Numbered from the stretch's first letter, positions 1 through 9,197 are shown. The stretch is 64,000 bases of DNA from Flavobacteriaceae bacterium (GCA_021151665.1 JAGKWW010000002.1:17945-81944); one strand, 5' to 3'. The notes: generated from the sequence alone by a model not told the origin. Translations and numbers: made by a program.

Positions 1-456
1 GTCTTTCGGCTGCTTTTGCGGCGGTGGTGGTGGATTGTCTTTCAGGAATTGTTTGGCCAGAGCAAAGTTATAGCGTGTCTGCTCATCCATGGGGTTATTA
101 CGCAGCGCATTTTTATAGGCTTCTACTGCACCCTGGTAATTTTTCTCTCTCATAAGGCTGTTGCCGAGGTTGTGGTAGGCCATGTGCTTTTGCTGTTTGG
201 TCTTTGCCATTTCTATCGACCGTGCATAGGCGAACGCGGCCTCAGAAGCCTGCTTTTGCCGGTATATGGCGTTGCCGAGGTTATAGGATGATACACCGCT
301 TCCTGTCCGTGACGCAGATATCCGATAATCGGCTTCAGCCTCCCGATAATCTTTACTTACAAACTTTTCATTGCCTTCGGGCAGGGCCTTGTCTTTTTCC
401 TGCGAAAAAGCAAGGGCCGAAAACAAAAGCAATAGTAGGATGATGCGTTCTCTCAT
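1..456 (-). CDS. batC: TPR-repeat protein, BatC-like; only the N-terminal 152 codons are in the window
   Basis: Not in the ORF track because there is no stop in the window. My reverse-strand translation from ATG 456-454 reads MRERIILLLLLFSALAFSQEKDKALPEGNEKFVSKDYREAE...YNLGNAIYRQK...YHNLGNSLMREKNYQGAVEAYKNALRNNP, a signal peptide followed by TPR-like repeats. Its start overlaps the stop of the upstream VWA gene (ATGA at 453-456). It follows batA-batB, as in known Bat operons. Confidence 0.7.
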   Translation of the reverse strand, partial: MRERIILLLLLFSALAFSQEKDKALPEGNEKFVSKDYREAEADYRISASRTGSGVSSYNLGNAIYRQKQASEAAFAYARSIEMAKTKQQKHMAYHNLGNSLMREKNYQGAVEAYKNALRNNPMDEQTRYNFALAKQFLKDNPPPPPQKQPKD

Positions 457-1490
457 GATTCTTTTTCATTAAACAGGTTGAGCCTCCGTATCCAGGCTGT
501 ACGTCTTTCAAGCACGAAAATATCAAGGAGCAACAATAGGAGTGCGGCACCCAAAAACCACTGGAACTGGCTTTCGTAGGTAGCCACCTGTTTTGATTCG
601 AACTCCGTTTTCTCGATATTTTCCAGCGCGTTCTTGATGTAATCCGAAACTTCCCGTGTACTGCCTCCATACACATAGCCGCCTTTGGTGGCCTGTGCAA
701 TAGTTTTCAGTTCCGCAGGATACATTTTCGTAATCACGGTTTCGCCGTTCTGGTCTTTTTTATAACCCTGAACAACGCCGTTGCGCTTCAGCGGGATTGG
801 ACCGCCTTTCTCGGTACCCACACCGATGGTTATGATCTTGATACCTTTCTCTTTGGCTTCGCGGGCAGCTTCCTGGCTGCCTTCGCCGTGGTCTTCACCA
901 TCGGTCACCATGATCAGGAGCTTGCTTGTTTGCGGGTCGTCGTAAAAATTCTCCGCAAGTACTATCGCATCGCTTAGCGCTGTTCCCTGCGAGGAAACCA
1001 TATCGGTATTCATATTCTGCAGGAACATCTTGGCTACGCTGTAATCGGTTGTAATGGGCAGTACGGGGTAAGCGCTCCCTGCGTAGCCGATGATGCCAAT
1101 CCTGTCGGTGCCCAGCTGGTTGATGATCTGCGAAACGATCTGCTTCGCTTTTTCAAGGCGGCTTGGGGCAATGTCTTCGGCCAGCATACTTTTAGAAACG
1201 TCTATTGCAAAGACAATATCAATACCCTCGCGTTTTACCGTTTCCATTTTGGTGCCTACTTTCGGATTAACCAGTCCAAGTACTATTCCCGTAATGGCAA
1301 GGCATGCGATAACGAGTTTTATGGCTGGTTTGCTCACCGAACGTTCCGGAGCAAGGCGCTTTACCAATACAGTGTTGCCAAACTCGCGCTGCTTTTTGCG
1401 CTGCCACCAGAGGTTAAGCAGGAACAAAAGCACCAGCACCGGGATGATGCCCAGCAGGTAAAAATATTTTGGGTCGTCTAACTCGTACAT
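453..1490 (-). CDS. batB: von Willebrand factor A domain membrane protein, BatB-like
   Basis: N-terminal TM segment and MIDAS motif DIVFAIDVSKSM. It is the second of two tandem VWA genes downstream of MoxR and DUF58, with coupled stop/start to its neighbours. Confidence 0.85.
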   Translation of the reverse strand: MYELDDPKYFYLLGIIPVLVLLFLLNLWWQRKKQREFGNTVLVKRLAPERSVSKPAIKLVIACLAITGIVLGLVNPKVGTKMETVKREGIDIVFAIDVSKSMLAEDIAPSRLEKAKQIVSQIINQLGTDRIGIIGYAGSAYPVLPITTDYSVAKMFLQNMNTDMVSSQGTALSDAIVLAENFYDDPQTSKLLIMVTDGEDHGEGSQEAAREAKEKGIKIITIGVGTEKGGPIPLKRNGVVQGYKKDQNGETVITKMYPAELKTIAQATKGGYVYGGSTREVSDYIKNALENIEKTEFESKQVATYESQFQWFLGAALLLLLLDIFVLERRTAWIRRLNLFNEKES

Positions 1491-1491
1491 A

Positions 1492-2496
1492 CTATATAAA
1501 GCTTCTGAAGAGGGTTTTCCGGGCCAGCAACTCTATCGCCAGCAGTCCAAGCGCAGCCAGCGCAAATGGGCGGAACTTCTCGTCATAGTTATAATACTTG
1601 GTCTCTTCTATTTCGGTAGTTTCCAACTTATTGATCTCGTTATAAATAGCCTGTAGCCTGCTGGTACTTGTAGCACGGAAATATTTTCCATCGGTAGTCT
1701 TAGCAATCGATTTCATCAGTTCCTGGTCTATTTCTACCGGCATCATTTGGTACAGTAATTTACCGTCGGGCGACTTCGCGTACGGTGACAGCGCATTTCC
1801 GTTAGTTCCTATCCCGATGGTATATACCTTGATGTTATACTCTTTCGCCATTTCGGCCGCCATGCGCGGGTCAATGAATCCCGAGTTGTTTACACCGTCG
1901 GTTAGTAAGATAATGATGCGGCTTTTTGCTTTGCTGTCCTTCAAACGGTTGATAGCCGTCGCGAGGCCAACGCCGATACCCGTACCGTCCCTTAGCACAA
2001 GGTCATCATACCGCACTGACTTGATTGCTTCCTTTACAAGCTCCTTATCACTGGTAACGGGCGTTTTGGTATAGCTTTCACCGGCATACACCACCAGGCC
2101 GATCCGGTCATTAGGCCGGTCATCCACAAATTTCGAGGCAACATTTTTTAATGCCTCCAGGCGGTTGGGCTTCAGGTCTTTCGCGAGCATACTGCCCGAT
2201 ACGTCCATTGCCATAACGATGTCAATACCTTTTGTTGTACGCACCTTGCTGTTCACATCCACACTTTGCGGGCGCGCCAATGCCACAATGATGAAGCTAA
2301 TGGCCAGAAGCCGCAAAATAAATAATACCGGTTTTAGTTTGCCAAGTAGCGATGGCGCGGCTTTAAATCCGTTGATCGTACTTATCTTAAGGGTGGCCGT
2401 CTGTTGCCTGCGCTTCCAGATGTACCACCCGATTGCAGGGATAAGCAACGTAAAGAGCCAGAAGAAACCGGGATTTACAAATGATACTTTTTCCAT
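1492..2496 (-). CDS. batA: von Willebrand factor A domain membrane protein, BatA-like
   Basis: MIDAS motif DIVMAMDVSGSM, N- and C-terminal TM segments, and its position in the MoxR operon. Confidence 0.85.
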   Translation of the reverse strand: MEKVSFVNPGFFWLFTLLIPAIGWYIWKRRQQTATLKISTINGFKAAPSLLGKLKPVLFILRLLAISFIIVALARPQSVDVNSKVRTTKGIDIVMAMDVSGSMLAKDLKPNRLEALKNVASKFVDDRPNDRIGLVVYAGESYTKTPVTSDKELVKEAIKSVRYDDLVLRDGTGIGVGLATAINRLKDSKAKSRIIILLTDGVNNSGFIDPRMAAEMAKEYNIKVYTIGIGTNGNALSPYAKSPDGKLLYQMMPVEIDQELMKSIAKTTDGKYFRATSTSRLQAIYNEINKLETTEIEETKYYNYDEKFRPFALAALGLLAIELLARKTLFRSFI

Positions 2497-2497
2497 A

Positions 2498-4126
2498 TTA
2501 CTTGTTGAGGTTTCTTAGTTCGATACTATTCTTAACACGCTCCAGTATTTGCGAAGCATACTCATCGCCTTCGCGGTGCAGTACCACAACTTGTTGAAGG
2601 CCATTTTGTTGCTTAAAGAGGTAGAGCTCATAGTAGGCGCGTACCGGCTGCTTTGTCAGCGGATGAGGCAGTGTCATCGTCCCGTAAGAGCGGATACCCT
2701 GTATGCCCTGTGGTGTTGAGAATTCCTCAGTCTTTAGCAGGATATTTTTGGCACCCTGAGCCTCCCATGTTTTCACAACACCATCTACACCGGCCTGAAG
2801 GTTGATGTCAATCTGCTGCTTATAGCTCACCGTGGATACTACGATGTAGAAATCGTCAAACAGCGTTCCTTCCACAAACATATTCATGTCCTTTATCATG
2901 GCCATCGCATCTTTCGGCAACAGCTTAGAGGCATCCTGGCGCTTGAGCACCTGTGGTGTTTCTATAGTAACACCCGGGAATCCGTATTCGCTTTTTACCC
3001 ACTGGCCCTCAAGGAGCTCTTTTGTCGGATATCCGAAGAAATTAGCCTGCAGGTAATCTTTTGCTGTATAATAGCCGATACCCAGAAGCAATACCAGTCC
3101 GCCGGCTATTGATGAAAACAATATGATTTGTTTGCGTTTCTTCGCTTTCTTGCGGCGCTGCGCTTCTTCCCATGCGCGGGTATGAAGGTCGTCATCTTCT
3201 TTTTCTTCTGGTATACTGCGGTCAATAACTACAATGGTTTTCTCGATGCGCGATCGGTCTTCTGCTATTTCAAAATCAAGCGGTTTGCTTTTCGCGAATT
3301 TCACCATGTCAGCATTGCGCAGTACTTTTTCCAGCTGCTCAAAAGTTTCCTGGTTCAATGCCATTTTCCTTTTTCGTACCGCAAGACGCATAGCCTCGAT
3401 TAACTCTCCGGTTGTACTTTCCATAGCCGGGATATGTATTGCTTCCTCAATATACATCCGTGCAATATCGGCCATCTCGCTGTAATATTCTTTAACCGCA
3501 CCGCGCTCCAGCAATTGCTTCTTCTCAAGGTTTTGCAACTGGCTCGTCGCTTTTTCTATAGGCGATATAAAAACTTCCGGAACTTTTTTAGGCTGTGCCT
3601 TTCTCTTTTTCAGGTACCACCAGATTCCGTAGCCAATTCCCGCCAGGGCAGCGATTACCAAGACCCATATCCACCACGTACTGTTGCTTTTAGCGTACAG
3701 CACCGGCTTAATGTCATACATCTTCTGCTTCAGCGTATCTACCTTTACATCGGCAACTTCCAGTTTCAAAGAATCGGTCTGCACCGTCTGGTTATTGATT
3801 ACTACAGGCAATCTCGGAATTACATAGCGCCCGGAGTCGAATTGGGTGAGGCCATATTTTTTAATGAGCTCATACAATGCGCCTTTTTTGATGGTGTCTA
3901 CCGGGTAGGATTCCAATACTTCCAGCCTCCCGAAATTTTTTCCTTCGGGGAAATTAACGCGGGCAGTAGAATCTACAATTGCCTTTAAAGTGAGGTTGGC
4001 CTGTGAGCCTATCTTTATTTTGGCAGAATCTATACTGGCCTGTACCTTCTTTTGCTGTGCAAAGCCGAAGCTCACCACAAAGAGCAGCAGGATGGTATAT
4101 AATTTTGTCCGTTTCATCTGTTTCAT
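2498..4126 (-). CDS. Membrane protein of unknown function within the Bat/MoxR operon
   Basis: 542-aa ORF with signal peptide MKQMKRTKLYTILLLFVVSFGFAQ, a central TM segment (WWIWVLVIAALAGIGYGIWWYL), a lysine-rich linker and a second TM segment. It is tightly packed between DUF58 and batA. I do not recognise the family with confidence. Confidence 0.7.
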   Translation of the reverse strand: MKQMKRTKLYTILLLFVVSFGFAQQKKVQASIDSAKIKIGSQANLTLKAIVDSTARVNFPEGKNFGRLEVLESYPVDTIKKGALYELIKKYGLTQFDSGRYVIPRLPVVINNQTVQTDSLKLEVADVKVDTLKQKMYDIKPVLYAKSNSTWWIWVLVIAALAGIGYGIWWYLKKRKAQPKKVPEVFISPIEKATSQLQNLEKKQLLERGAVKEYYSEMADIARMYIEEAIHIPAMESTTGELIEAMRLAVRKRKMALNQETFEQLEKVLRNADMVKFAKSKPLDFEIAEDRSRIEKTIVVIDRSIPEEKEDDDLHTRAWEEAQRRKKAKKRKQIILFSSIAGGLVLLLGIGYYTAKDYLQANFFGYPTKELLEGQWVKSEYGFPGVTIETPQVLKRQDASKLLPKDAMAMIKDMNMFVEGTLFDDFYIVVSTVSYKQQIDINLQAGVDGVVKTWEAQGAKNILLKTEEFSTPQGIQGIRSYGTMTLPHPLTKQPVRAYYELYLFKQQNGLQQVVVLHREGDEYASQILERVKNSIELRNLNK

Positions 4127-4135
4127 CTGGTTTAC

Positions 4136-5002
4136 TTATGCGCGGGCCTTAAAGTAGCCGAGCAGTTTCGTTACATACGATTCGTCTACGCGTGTGCTTA
4201 CCGTGCCGGCGCCGCAGCGGCTAAAGATATCCTTAAAATAGCGCACCGTTTCCTGGTAATGTTTTTCATATTCCAGGCGCACTTTTTTAGAGCCGGTGTT
4301 CACCAGAAGCGTTTCGCCGGTTTCGGCATCCGTCATGTTTACCAGCCCAAGATCAGGCAGCTGCTCTTCACGCGGGTCAAACACCCGTATTCCCGTGACA
4401 TCATGCCTTTTGGCCGCGATTTTTAAAGTATGTTCGTAGCCTGATGCCATAAAATCGGAGATCAGGAACACGATCGCTTTCTTTTTCTGCACACCGCTCA
4501 GGAACTTTAACGCCTGGGCAATGTCTGTCTTTTGGCTTTTCGGCTTAAACTCGATCAGTTCACGGATGATGCGCAGCACGTGCGACTTTCCTTTCTTAGG
4601 CGGAATGTAAAGTTCTATCTGGTCCGAAAACAGGATGAGGCCGATCTTATCATTATTCTGCGTAGCCGAAAAAGCCATGGTCGCGGCGATCTCGGTAACA
4701 ATATCTTTTTTGAATTCGTTTTGTGTCCCAAAGCTTTCAGACCCACTCACATCTACCATCAGCATCATGGTAAGCTCGCGCTCCTCCTCAAAAACCTTGA
4801 TGTAGGGCTCGTTGTAGCGCGCTGTCACGTTCCAGTCTATAGCTCTTACATCATCACCAAACTGGTACTGGCGCACCTCACTGAAGGTCATACCCCTGCC
4901 CTTGAAAGAGGTGTGGTATTCCCCCGAAAATATGTGGTCGCTCAGCCGCCGGGTCTTGATCTCTATCTTGCGGACTTTCTTTAAAATGTCTTTTGTTTCC
5001 AT
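4136..5002 (-). CDS. DUF58 domain protein (MoxR-operon partner)
   Basis: Carries the typical DUF58 signature VRQYQFGDDVRAIDWNVTAR and lies directly downstream of the MoxR ATPase. Confidence 0.9.
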   Translation of the reverse strand: METKDILKKVRKIEIKTRRLSDHIFSGEYHTSFKGRGMTFSEVRQYQFGDDVRAIDWNVTARYNEPYIKVFEEERELTMMLMVDVSGSESFGTQNEFKKDIVTEIAATMAFSATQNNDKIGLILFSDQIELYIPPKKGKSHVLRIIRELIEFKPKSQKTDIAQALKFLSGVQKKKAIVFLISDFMASGYEHTLKIAAKRHDVTGIRVFDPREEQLPDLGLVNMTDAETGETLLVNTGSKKVRLEYEKHYQETVRYFKDIFSRCGAGTVSTRVDESYVTKLLGYFKARA

Positions 5003-5011
5003 AACGAGTCG

Positions 5012-5067
5012 TAAAGTCTAAAGTTTATAAAGTCATAAAGTCGGCCGTCGGCGTTGGACTTTATGAC
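5012..5067. repeat. 7-9-nt periodic TAAAGT array ending in an 11-bp perfect hairpin
   Basis: TAAAGT occurs at 5012, 5019, 5028 and 5036. gtcataaagtc (5032-5042) pairs with gactttatgac (5057-5067) across a 14-nt GC-rich loop. It lies in the 83-nt spacer between the moxR stop and the DUF58 start. Confidence 0.8.
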
Positions 5068-5085
5068 ATTCGACATTAGGACTGT

Positions 5086-6090
5086 TTACGGCACCTCTAC
5101 CTCGTTCACGATCTTGTTAATGATGTCCATCGAGGTGATGTTTTCGGCTTCGGCTTCGTACGTGATACCTATCCTGTGGCGCAATACATCGTGCACAACT
5201 GCGCGTACGTCTTCAGGGATTACAAAGCCGCGGCGTTTGATGAAAGCGTAACACTTAGCAGCGGTGGCCAGGTTGATTGATCCCCTTGGTGACGAACCGA
5301 AACTGATAAGCGGTTTCAGCTTTTCAAGCTTGTACTGTTCCGGGTATCGGGTTGCAAAAATCAGGTCGAGGATATACTTCTCAATTTTCTCATCCATATA
5401 CACTTCTCTCACAGCTTCCTGCGCACGGATGATCTGCTCGAGTGAGACTACCTGGTTTACTTTCTCGAAAGAGCCTTTCAGGTTCTGACGGATCACCATG
5501 CGCTCGTCTTCAATCTTCGGATAATCGATTACTGCCTTTAGCATAAAACGGTCTACCTGCGCTTCAGGCAGCGGGTAAGTACCTTCCTGCTCTACCGGGT
5601 TTTGTGTGGCCATTACCAGGAATGGCTTTTGCAATTTAAAAGTTTCATCGCCAATGGTTACCTGCTTTTCCTGCATCGCTTCGAGCAGTGCCGACTGTAC
5701 TTTGGCGGGCGCCCGGTTGATCTCGTCTGCCAAAACGAAGTTCGCGAAAATGGGGCCTTTTTTTATGGTGAATTCGTTCTGCTTAATGTTATAGATCATG
5801 GTTCCTACCACATCGGCAGGAAGAAGGTCTGGCGTAAATTGTATACGGCTGAAACTGCCGTGAACTGCCTGTGAAAGTGTGTTGATGGCAAGCGTTTTGG
5901 CAAGCCCTGGTACGCCCTCCAGCAGGATATGGCCCTGGCCCAAAAGCCCGATGAGCAATCGCTCTATCATGTACTTTTGGCCCACGATGACCTTGTTCAT
6001 TTCCATGGTGAGCAGGTCTACAAAGGCGCTTTCCCTTTCAATTTTCTCGTTGATTGCCCTGATGTCTAAAGCAGCAGTATTTCCTTCCAT
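5086..6090 (-). CDS. MoxR-family AAA+ ATPase
   Basis: Walker A GVPGLAKT and Walker B FVLADEINRAPAK, about 330 aa, first gene of the DUF58/VWA operon. Confidence 0.95.
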   Translation of the reverse strand: MEGNTAALDIRAINEKIERESAFVDLLTMEMNKVIVGQKYMIERLLIGLLGQGHILLEGVPGLAKTLAINTLSQAVHGSFSRIQFTPDLLPADVVGTMIYNIKQNEFTIKKGPIFANFVLADEINRAPAKVQSALLEAMQEKQVTIGDETFKLQKPFLVMATQNPVEQEGTYPLPEAQVDRFMLKAVIDYPKIEDERMVIRQNLKGSFEKVNQVVSLEQIIRAQEAVREVYMDEKIEKYILDLIFATRYPEQYKLEKLKPLISFGSSPRGSINLATAAKCYAFIKRRGFVIPEDVRAVVHDVLRHRIGITYEAEAENITSMDIINKIVNEVEVP

Positions 6091-6341
6091 AAAATTTCAG
6101 TTTTGGAGTGTGAATTTAGTAAGCATTTTTAACATAACAAATTCGTTGCCGAAATTCGTGCTATACATGTTAATGACTTGTTAATCTAACATTATCATTT
6201 GCCGTGTAACCACAGTATGGCAATTGTTTTTTAAATTAGCAACACTTCCGTAAAAGTGGCGGCACAAGCTATTACAACGGTATTGTTAAATTTTACGTAT
6301 ACACAAGGATCATTTTTTAGGCGAACGCCAAAACAACCACG

Positions 6342-7211
6342 ATGAAAACACAACTCTCTCCCATTATTGCGGGTGCCATGAACTGGGGCGTGTGGAGCCG
6401 CAGCATGACAACTGACGAAATGGCAACCCTGATGCAAGAGTGTCTCGATTTCGGAATTACCACTTTTGACCACGCCGATATTTACGGCGGCTACACTACC
6501 GAGGCCGAATTTGGCGCTGCCTATTGCCGCAGCAAGATAAAACGCGAAAGCATACAGATCATTTCGAAATGTGGTATACAGCACATTACCGGAAACCGGC
6601 CTAACAAGGTAAAGCATTATGATTACTCTAAAGATTATATTATAAAGTCGGCCGAAGGATCGCTTAAACACTTGTGTACCGATTACCTTGATATCCTGCT
6701 GCTGCACCGCCCCAGCCCACTAATGCATCCTGATGAGGTGGCGGAAGCTATTGAAAGACTGAAAGCTGACGGAAAGATACGTGACTTTGGGATTTCGAAT
6801 TTCACTAACAGCCAGGCCGACCTGATCCGTTCCCGGACTGAAGTGTGCTGCAACCAGATCGAGTTCTCTGCCACAACCTTTGAACCCATGTTGGATGGCA
6901 GCCTTGACTATATGCTGCTACACAACATTAAACCTCTGGCGTGGAGCCCGATTGGGTGCGTCTTCAAAGAGGATACTGCGCAAACACAAAGGCTCAAAGC
7001 CCTGCTCATGGAACTCGTTGTAAAATATGAGGTTACTGCTGATGTGATCTTGTTGGCTTGGATCATGCGCCACCCTGCCGGTATCATTCCCGTTTCCGGC
7101 TCTACGAATCCGGAGCGGCTCAAGAACCAGATAAAAGCCAAAGACCTCACCCTCGACCTGGAAGACTGGTTTGCCATCTGGACCGAAAGCATGGGCGAAA
7201 AAGTGCCGTAG
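6342..7211 (+). CDS. Aldo/keto reductase family oxidoreductase
   Basis: GITTFDHADIYGGY motif (catalytic Asp/Tyr region), with length and overall pattern like YdhF-type AKRs. Confidence 0.9.
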   Translation: MKTQLSPIIAGAMNWGVWSRSMTTDEMATLMQECLDFGITTFDHADIYGGYTTEAEFGAAYCRSKIKRESIQIISKCGIQHITGNRPNKVKHYDYSKDYIIKSAEGSLKHLCTDYLDILLLHRPSPLMHPDEVAEAIERLKADGKIRDFGISNFTNSQADLIRSRTEVCCNQIEFSATTFEPMLDGSLDYMLLHNIKPLAWSPIGCVFKEDTAQTQRLKALLMELVVKYEVTADVILLAWIMRHPAGIIPVSGSTNPERLKNQIKAKDLTLDLEDWFAIWTESMGEKVP

Positions 7212-7233
7212 GCCCCCTAACCCCCAAAATGGG

Positions 7234-7268
7234 GAAATCTAAAATCTAAGTTCTAAAATCTGAAATCT
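7234..7268. repeat. Five head-to-tail heptamers (GAAATCT AAAATCT AAGTTCT AAAATCT GAAATCT)
   Basis: Read directly from the sequence. The array ends 6 nt before the SDR ATG at 7275. Confidence 0.9.
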
Positions 7269-7274
7269 CAACAA

Positions 7275-8024
7275 ATGAAAACAGCTTTGATAACCGGGGC
7301 AACAAGCGGCATAGGCCGGGCCACGGCTCGGTATTTTGCCAAAAACCATTTTCGCCTGGTGCTTTGTGGTCGCCGCGACGACAGGCTTGCCCAACTGCAG
7401 GATGAGCTCGCTACCCTGACAATGGTACACACCCTGAACTTCGATGTGCGCAGCCGCCGTTCTACCGACGAGGCTATCGCATCGATACCCGACGAATTTA
7501 AGAACATTGATATCCTGGTAAACAATGCCGGCAACGCCCATGGGCTCGACCCGATACAGACCGGCGATGTAGCCGACTGGGACATGATGATCGACATCAA
7601 CGTTAAGGGATTGCTATACGTTTCGCAGGCCGTTATCCCGGGAATGGTAGAGCGCTGCAGTGGACATATTATCAATATAGGGTCTATTGCAGGCAAAGAA
7701 GTATACCCTAACGGAAATGTCTACTGTGCTACGAAGCATGCCGTCGATGCTCTCAACCAGGGCATGCGCATGGATCTGAACCAATACGGAATCCGCGTGG
7801 GCGCTATCAATCCCGGTATGGTAGCTACCGAGTTCAGCGAAGTTCGCTTTAAAGGCGATACCGAAAGGGCAGAGGGCGTTTATAAAGGATTCGAACCGCT
7901 AAAGCCGGAAGATATTGCCGATATCATCACGTTCGTAGTAACCCGTCCTTATCATGTCAATATCGCCGACCTGATGGTGCTTCCCACCGCGCAGGCGAGC
8001 GCGACGATTGTGAAGAAAGAATAG
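7275..8024 (+). CDS. Short-chain dehydrogenase/reductase (SDR), YdfG-like
   Basis: Cofactor motif TGATSGIGRA, NNAG, and catalytic YCATK. Confidence 0.9.
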   Translation: MKTALITGATSGIGRATARYFAKNHFRLVLCGRRDDRLAQLQDELATLTMVHTLNFDVRSRRSTDEAIASIPDEFKNIDILVNNAGNAHGLDPIQTGDVADWDMMIDINVKGLLYVSQAVIPGMVERCSGHIINIGSIAGKEVYPNGNVYCATKHAVDALNQGMRMDLNQYGIRVGAINPGMVATEFSEVRFKGDTERAEGVYKGFEPLKPEDIADIITFVVTRPYHVNIADLMVLPTAQASATIVKKE

Positions 8025-8026
8025 CC

Positions 8027-9169
8027 ATGATCAACAAGCGCCTGCTCATAAAGAACCTGCTTGCTCACAACGATGAGAGCAGTTTTTATGACAAAAAGCG
8101 CCAGTTGAACCTGCATACCAAAGAGGGCAAAGCCAAATTCGTAAAGCATATCTGCGCGTTGTCTAATTCCAATCCGGGCAACAATTCTTATATTGTAGTG
8201 GGCGTAGAAGACCATGACAACGAAATTGTGGGAACAGACTTTTATGACGACAGCCGCATTCAGAACCTTGTAAATGCTTACCTGGAAAACCCGCCGCGGA
8301 TACAGTACGAGAATGTGCCGTTCCCCAGCTTGCCGAAAGATAAAGTGGTCGGCCTGGTAACCATCCGGCCAAAGAGCCAGGCTTCATTCTTTAAAAAAGC
8401 AATTTATACTATCCCGGCAGGGAGTGTATTTTTCAGGCGCGGAAGCAATTCGATTCCGGTTGAGCACGAACTCCAGCCACCTACTTACAGTAACACCTCA
8501 ACAGTAATAGACATTGAGAATGGATCCCGCAACAGTATAGCACACACGCTTGAAGGAGTGATCGATTTCCTGAACAACCGGCACAAGGATATGGCATCGG
8601 GTTACAAAGTGTTCAAGGAACTTTTTGTAGTATGCTGGGCGGGTAACAAGAAGGTCGTAAAAGGAAACACTTATTATTCGAGGGTAGACATCGAGCTGAT
8701 CAATGAGCAGGTAAAGCTATTCTATTCCGCATTGGATGAAGTAAGCATCGATTATACCGAAGATACATTTTCTATTGTAGAGTATGTGGCCCTTGGGCTT
8801 AACGATAAGACCAGCTACTATCCGCTGGAAAAAGTGAGCATCCACTTCCAGGAAAACGGGTATTACAAAATGGAATCGGAATTGTTGTTCGATCCGCCAC
8901 AGTATAACCGCCCCATGATGCATCATATTTATAACGCCAACTTAGCGTTGCTTACAAAACTTGAAAAAGGGCAGCCGCTTAGCGAGCGGGAACAACGCGA
9001 TTTACAGAACCTTCCGCATACGCTGATGATATGTTACCTGAATGGGTTTACTGATGCTAAACAAAAATTGGCCGATGCCAAGCCGCTGCTAAAGGCGTTT
9101 CCCCTGCCATCGGTTTATATTTCGTTTAAAGAGGCTATGCGCGTTCTACGCAAAATGAAATACTCATAG
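8027..9169 (+). CDS. AlbA_2/Schlafen-type domain protein with an unrecognised C-terminal region
   Basis: The N-terminal ~130 aa fit the AlbA_2 (divergent AAA, putative nucleic-acid-binding) pattern: ESSFYDKKRQL...KFVKHICALSNSNPGNNSYIVVGVEDHDNEIVG. The C-terminal ~240 aa are unrecognised. The ATG lies 2 nt after the SDR stop. Confidence 0.65.
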   Translation: MINKRLLIKNLLAHNDESSFYDKKRQLNLHTKEGKAKFVKHICALSNSNPGNNSYIVVGVEDHDNEIVGTDFYDDSRIQNLVNAYLENPPRIQYENVPFPSLPKDKVVGLVTIRPKSQASFFKKAIYTIPAGSVFFRRGSNSIPVEHELQPPTYSNTSTVIDIENGSRNSIAHTLEGVIDFLNNRHKDMASGYKVFKELFVVCWAGNKKVVKGNTYYSRVDIELINEQVKLFYSALDEVSIDYTEDTFSIVEYVALGLNDKTSYYPLEKVSIHFQENGYYKMESELLFDPPQYNRPMMHHIYNANLALLTKLEKGQPLSEREQRDLQNLPHTLMICYLNGFTDAKQKLADAKPLLKAFPLPSVYISFKEAMRVLRKMKYS

Positions 9170-9197
9170 TTAGAAGGCCGTGCAAGCAATGTCATCC

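Noticed and set aside
16-700. ORF-track entries 16-291(+), 204-443(+) and 368-700(-) at the left edge.
   Set aside because: The reverse strand of 1-456 reads through as a signal-peptide plus TPR protein that is start-coupled to batB. That explains the region better, and the listed ORFs have no motifs.
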